Assembly: GCA_963706885.1 (NCBI GenBank)
Contig: CAVPNX010000023.1
Coordinates: forward strand, 14,265-78,264
DNA length: 64,000 nucleotides
Source of the DNA: an uncultured Actinomycetes bacterium
GTDB lineage: Bacteria > Actinomycetota > Actinomycetes > S36-B12 > CAIYMF01
Direction of reading: 5' to 3'
Positions within the stretch are counted from its first letter, which is position 1. Each line of letters begins with the position of its first letter. The translations under genes were made by a program, and so were the position numbers. The notes beneath the pieces are model-generated. The model was not told the DNA's origin. It ran no database searches and saw nothing but the letters and a program-made list of their open reading frames with translations. Shown here one piece after another: positions 60,963-64,000 of this stretch.

Positions 60963-61508
60963 TCAGGCGGTCCTGATCGCCGAGACGTCGAGCTGGATCT
61001 TGATCTTGTCGCTGACCAGCACGCCGCCGGCCTCGAGTGCGACGTTCCAGACCAGGCCGAACTCCTTGCGGGACAGCTCGGCCTCGCCCTCGAACCCGGC
61101 GCGCTCGTTGCCGAAGGGGTCGGTCACCACGCCGGTCGGCTCGAACTCGATCTCGACCGGACGGGTCACGCCCTTGATCGTCAGGTCGCCGAGCATGACG
61201 AACGAGTCGCCCTCGTGCTTGACCGTCGTGGTCGCGAAGGTCATCTCCTTGTTGACCTCGACGTCGAAGAAGTCGGCGCTGCGCAGGTGCGCGTCGCGGT
61301 CCGGCGACCCGGTGTTCACGGAGGCCAGCGCCACAGCCACCGAGGCGGTCGAGCCGCTCGGGTTGGCGGCGTCGATGACGATCGTGCCGGCGACGTCCTC
61401 GAACGCGCCGCGGACCTTGGTCACCATCGCGTGGCGGGCGACGAAGCCCACCCGGGTGTGGCTCGGGTCGATGGTCCAGGTGCCGTTGTAGGGGGTGTAG
61501 TCAGTCAT
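60963..61508 (-). CDS. YceI-family polyisoprenoid-binding protein
   Basis: Starts [22 protein letters not shown] (codon 17 of ORF 60963-61556) after AAGGAG, 181 aa. ...[13 protein letters not shown]... Confidence 0.85.
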   Translation of the reverse strand: MTDYTPYNGTWTIDPSHTRVGFVARHAMVTKVRGAFEDVAGTIVIDAANPSGSTASVAVALASVNTGSPDRDAHLRSADFFDVEVNKEMTFATTTVKHEGDSFVMLGDLTIKGVTRPVEIEFEPTGVVTDPFGNERAGFEGEAELSRKEFGLVWNVALEAGGVLVSDKIKIQLDVSAIRTA

Positions 61509-61541
61509 GTCTGCTCCTTGGGTGAGGTGGGGGGATAGTAG

Positions 61542-61568
61542 TTGTTGGTTCAACAAGAATGATTGAAC
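61542..61568. promoter_or_regulatory. Overlapping inverted repeats in the only AT-rich intergenic stretch (candidate operator)
   Basis: TTGTTG-N3-CAACAA (61542-61556) and GTTCAA-N9-TTGAAC (61548-61568), between divergent yceI and LOG. Confidence 0.3.
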
Positions 61569-61662
61569 AGTAAACTGGAATCCCTGTCAAGTCAGCAGGT
61601 GTTCATGGGCGCGTCGTGGTCCGGCAGCCCTCGGCAGGGGGTTCGTGGTTACCGTGACGACC

Positions 61663-62568
61663 ATGGACATCTCCGACACCCCACCCAGTCACCTCCCGGC
61701 TGGCGGCTCCGGCGCCCCCGGCACGGCACGCCCACCGGACCACCGCCGCGCGTCCCTGCCGCCGGCCCGCCGGCCCGGCCGTCCGCTCCGCGGACCAAGG
61801 GCCCGGTCGTGCTGCGCCGGGAGCAGATCAGCGGCTCCACCACTGACCAGCGCCTGCTGGACAGCCGCGACTCCGGCGACTGGGTGCACACCGACCCGTG
61901 GCGTGTCCTGCGGATCCAGGCCGAGTTCGTCGAGGGCTTCGGCGCCCTGGCCAAGCTCGGGCCGGCCATCAGCGTGTTCGGGTCCGCCCGCACGTCCGAG
62001 GACCACCTGGAGTACGCCCTGGCCCGACGCACGGCCGGACTGCTGGTCGAGGCCGGATTCGCCGTGATCACCGGCGGCGGCCCGGGGATCATGGCGGCGG
62101 CCAACCGGGGAGCGTGGGAGGCCGAGGGCACGTCGGTGGGCCTGGGCATCGAGCTGCCGTTCGAGCAGGGCATGAACGAGTGGGTCGACCTCGGCGTGAA
62201 CTTCCGCTACTTCTTCGCCCGCAAGACGATGTTCGTGAAGTACTCCCAGGGGTTCGTGGTGTTCCCCGGGGGCTTCGGCACGATCGACGAGCTGTTCGAG
62301 GCACTCACGCTGGTCCAGACCGGCAAGATCACGACCTTCCCGATCATCCTCGTCGGCCGGCAGTACTGGTCGGGCCTGCTGGACTGGCTGCGGGCGACCA
62401 TGCACGCCGACGGCAAGATCTCGCCCAGCGACCTGGACCTCATCCACGTCACCGACGACCCCGAGGAGGTCGTGGCCATCCTGCGCGACGCGGAGCTGGC
62501 GCGCGAGGCCGGGCACCCGCTGGGCCAGGAGCTGGCCCGTCGAGGTGGTGCGCAACGACGGGACCTGA
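61663..62568 (+). pseudogene. LOG-family (TIGR00730) protein; the core is in a different frame from both its plausible start and its plausible stop
   Basis: Core in the frame of ORF 61563-63605 reads GPVVLRRE..STTDQRLLD..DPWRVLRIQAEFVEGFGAL...VFGSARTSEDH...ITGGGPGIMAAANRGA...PGGFGTIDELFE. ATG 61663 (MDISDTPPSH) and TGA 62566-62568 (...PVEVVRNDGT*) share the other frame. Confidence 0.65.
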
Positions 62569-62622
62569 CCGTCGCGGGACCGGTCGGCTGCCGCGCAGGG
62601 CAGGTCGTGGCAGGATCGGGGC

Positions 62623-63144
62623 GTGCTCGCACTGTTCGTGGTCGTGGCAATGGCCGTGGTGGCTGGCGTCGCCGTGCTCGTCGTTCGCGACCGGCCGCTG
62701 ATCACCGACGACCCGGTCGGCTCCCGCGCGCTCGACTGGTCGGCCCAGGACGGTGTGAGCCCGCAGGACCTGGCCACCGTCCGGTTCGCGGTGGTCCTGC
62801 GCGGCTACCGGATGGACGAGGTGGACCGCGTCCTCGACGACACCCGCGAGGCGCTGGCCGACCGCGATGCGCGGATCGCCGACCTGCAGCGGGTGGTGGC
62901 CGCCCTGGGCGGGACCCCTGCGGGCGACGCTGCTGGGGTGCAGGGCGTGGACTCCGCCGCTCCTGCCCCCGACGCAGCGACCGGTGCGCAGGGCGCCGAG
63001 GATCGCGCGACGGGGGCGTCGTCGCGCGACGGGGGCGCCGTGGGCGCCGACAGTCCGGTCGCCGCGGGTGCAGACGGCGCCGAGGAGCTCGATCCCGATT
63101 CTGCCGGGGTCCCCGGTGCCGAGGGCGCCGAGGTCCGTCCATGA
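62623..63144 (+). CDS. DivIVA-domain-containing small membrane protein
   Basis: ORF track, 173 aa. One TM, then VRFAVVLRGYRMDEVDRVLDDTREALADRDARIADLQ (DivIVA N-terminal motif) and an acidic A/G-rich tail. Confidence 0.7.
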   Translation: MLALFVVVAMAVVAGVAVLVVRDRPLITDDPVGSRALDWSAQDGVSPQDLATVRFAVVLRGYRMDEVDRVLDDTREALADRDARIADLQRVVAALGGTPAGDAAGVQGVDSAAPAPDAATGAQGAEDRATGASSRDGGAVGADSPVAAGADGAEELDPDSAGVPGAEGAEVRP

Positions 63145-63605
63145 GCGGCCGCCGCCACCTGGTCCGCGACGTGATCGTCGAGGCGCCGCCCGAGGTGGTC
63201 TTCGCCGCCCTGACCGACTGGCCGACGCAGGGCCAGTGGATGCTGGGGACGCGGGTCTGGGCCGACGGCACGGGGCAGGGGGTCGGGGCCCGGATCAACG
63301 CCTTCACCGGTGCAGGTCGGGTCGGGTTCCTGGACACCATGGAGATCACCGAATGGGAGCCGCCGCGGCTGGTCCGCGTGCTGCACACGGGCCGCGTCGT
63401 ACGCGGACCCGGGATCTTCGAGGTGCTCGCGCTGCCCGGAGGGCGCAGCCGGTTCGTCTGGCGCGAGGAGCTCGACCTCCCCCTCGGTCGGCTCGGACGG
63501 GCCGGGTTCGCCCTGGTGGGTCCGGCGTTCGCCGCAGGGGTCGAGGCCTCCCTGCGCAAGTTCGCGCAGAAGGTCGAGTCCGGTCAGCTTCCCAGCGCGT
63601 CCTGA
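63141..63605 (+). CDS. SRPBCC-family (polyketide cyclase/dehydrase-like) protein
   Basis: ATG 63141 (ATGA overlap with the DivIVA-domain stop). MSGRRHLVRDVIVEAPPEVVFAALTDWPTQGQWM..., 154 aa, at the end of long ORF 61563-63605. Confidence 0.8.
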   Translation: MSGRRHLVRDVIVEAPPEVVFAALTDWPTQGQWMLGTRVWADGTGQGVGARINAFTGAGRVGFLDTMEITEWEPPRLVRVLHTGRVVRGPGIFEVLALPGGRSRFVWREELDLPLGRLGRAGFALVGPAFAAGVEASLRKFAQKVESGQLPSAS

Positions 63606-63720
63606 CCCGCCGCGGATCCGCCCGATCGGGTGCCGATTGTGTCCTGCGACACGCCGTTCATGGGGGATAATGGTGCTCATCGGCCCGCGTTCGAGGGCCG
63701 GCCACTGAGAGGGGACTGCG

Positions 63721-63888
63721 ATGGCGGCCATGAAGCCACGGACAGGTGACGGCCCGATGGAGGTCACCAAGGAGGGGCGCGGCATCGTCATGCGGGTACC
63801 GCTCGAGGGCGGCGGCCGTCTGGTCGTCGAGCTCAACGCGGATGAGGCTCGTGACCTGGGCACCCAGTTGACGACGGTTGCCGGCTGA
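63721..63888 (+). CDS. DUF3117-family small conserved actinobacterial protein (55 aa)
   Basis: Hand translation gives MAAMKPRTGDGPMEVTKEGRGIVMRVPLEGGGRLVVELNADEARDLGTQLTTVAG*. Below the ORF-track size cut-off. GAGAGGGG lies 6 nt upstream. Confidence 0.8.
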   Translation: MAAMKPRTGDGPMEVTKEGRGIVMRVPLEGGGRLVVELNADEARDLGTQLTTVAG

Positions 63889-63900
63889 TCGCTGCGACCT

Positions 63901-63955
63901 GACGCGGACCCCGCACCCTGCCGCCTCCGGGCGGTACGGTTGCGGGGTCCGCGTC
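63901..63955 (+). terminator. 15-bp perfect-stem hairpin after the DUF3117 gene
   Basis: GACGCGGACCCCGCA (63901-63915) / TGCGGGGTCCGCGTC (63941-63955). The loop contains the inner pair CCGCC/GGCGG. Confidence 0.6.
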
Positions 63956-64000
63956 GTTGCTGGGGAGGCTTGCGTGCACGTTCTGCCAGACATGCTGGTC

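Overview
High-GC (roughly 70%) Actinomycetota chromosomal segment, densely coding. I recognise no rRNA, tRNA, CRISPR array, transposase or integrase.

Gene content, left to right:
(i) A LacI regulator (cut by the window edge) is divergent from a CUT2-type sugar ABC transporter (ATPase, permease, lipoprotein SBP), followed by a DinB protein.
(ii) A minus-strand carboxylate block encodes a LytS-type kinase, LytTR regulator, small 2-TM protein, Na+:solute symporter, DUF294 nucleotidyltransferase and membrane PAS-DEDDh exonuclease. All six are chained by overlapping stop/start codons. acs and a DUF485-actP pair lie next to this block.
(iii) YrhK-like membrane protein plus glutamate decarboxylase, AlkD-like protein, M13 peptidase, aldo-keto reductase and galK.
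(iv) araB-araD-araA, then a second ChvE/GguAB-like sugar ABC system, a LacI regulator and an aldose epimerase.
(v) A conserved actinobacterial core run: typA, a five-gene peptide ABC operon, mshB, ppgK, an FtsH-like protease, gltA, dapC-fdx, VanW, dapD/dapE, YceI, LOG, DivIVA-domain, SRPBCC and DUF3117 genes.

At least 15 reading-frame breaks hit 13 otherwise clearly recognisable genes. Most are single extra bases in G/C runs, so I treat them as probable assembly indels rather than proven pseudogenes.

Most interesting observations:
- the translationally coupled symporter / two-component / DUF294 NTase / PAS-exonuclease operon;
- a 33-bp x4 tandem repeat that reiterates the RBS and start codon of the second sugar permease and forms a coupled 44-codon uORF;
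- a DUF559 gene embedded in a repeat-bounded 2-kb insert;
- strand-consistent C-rich tandem repeats at gene 3' ends;
- short TIR-bounded intergenic elements.

Coordinates of non-coding features were read by hand and may be off by 1-2 nt.
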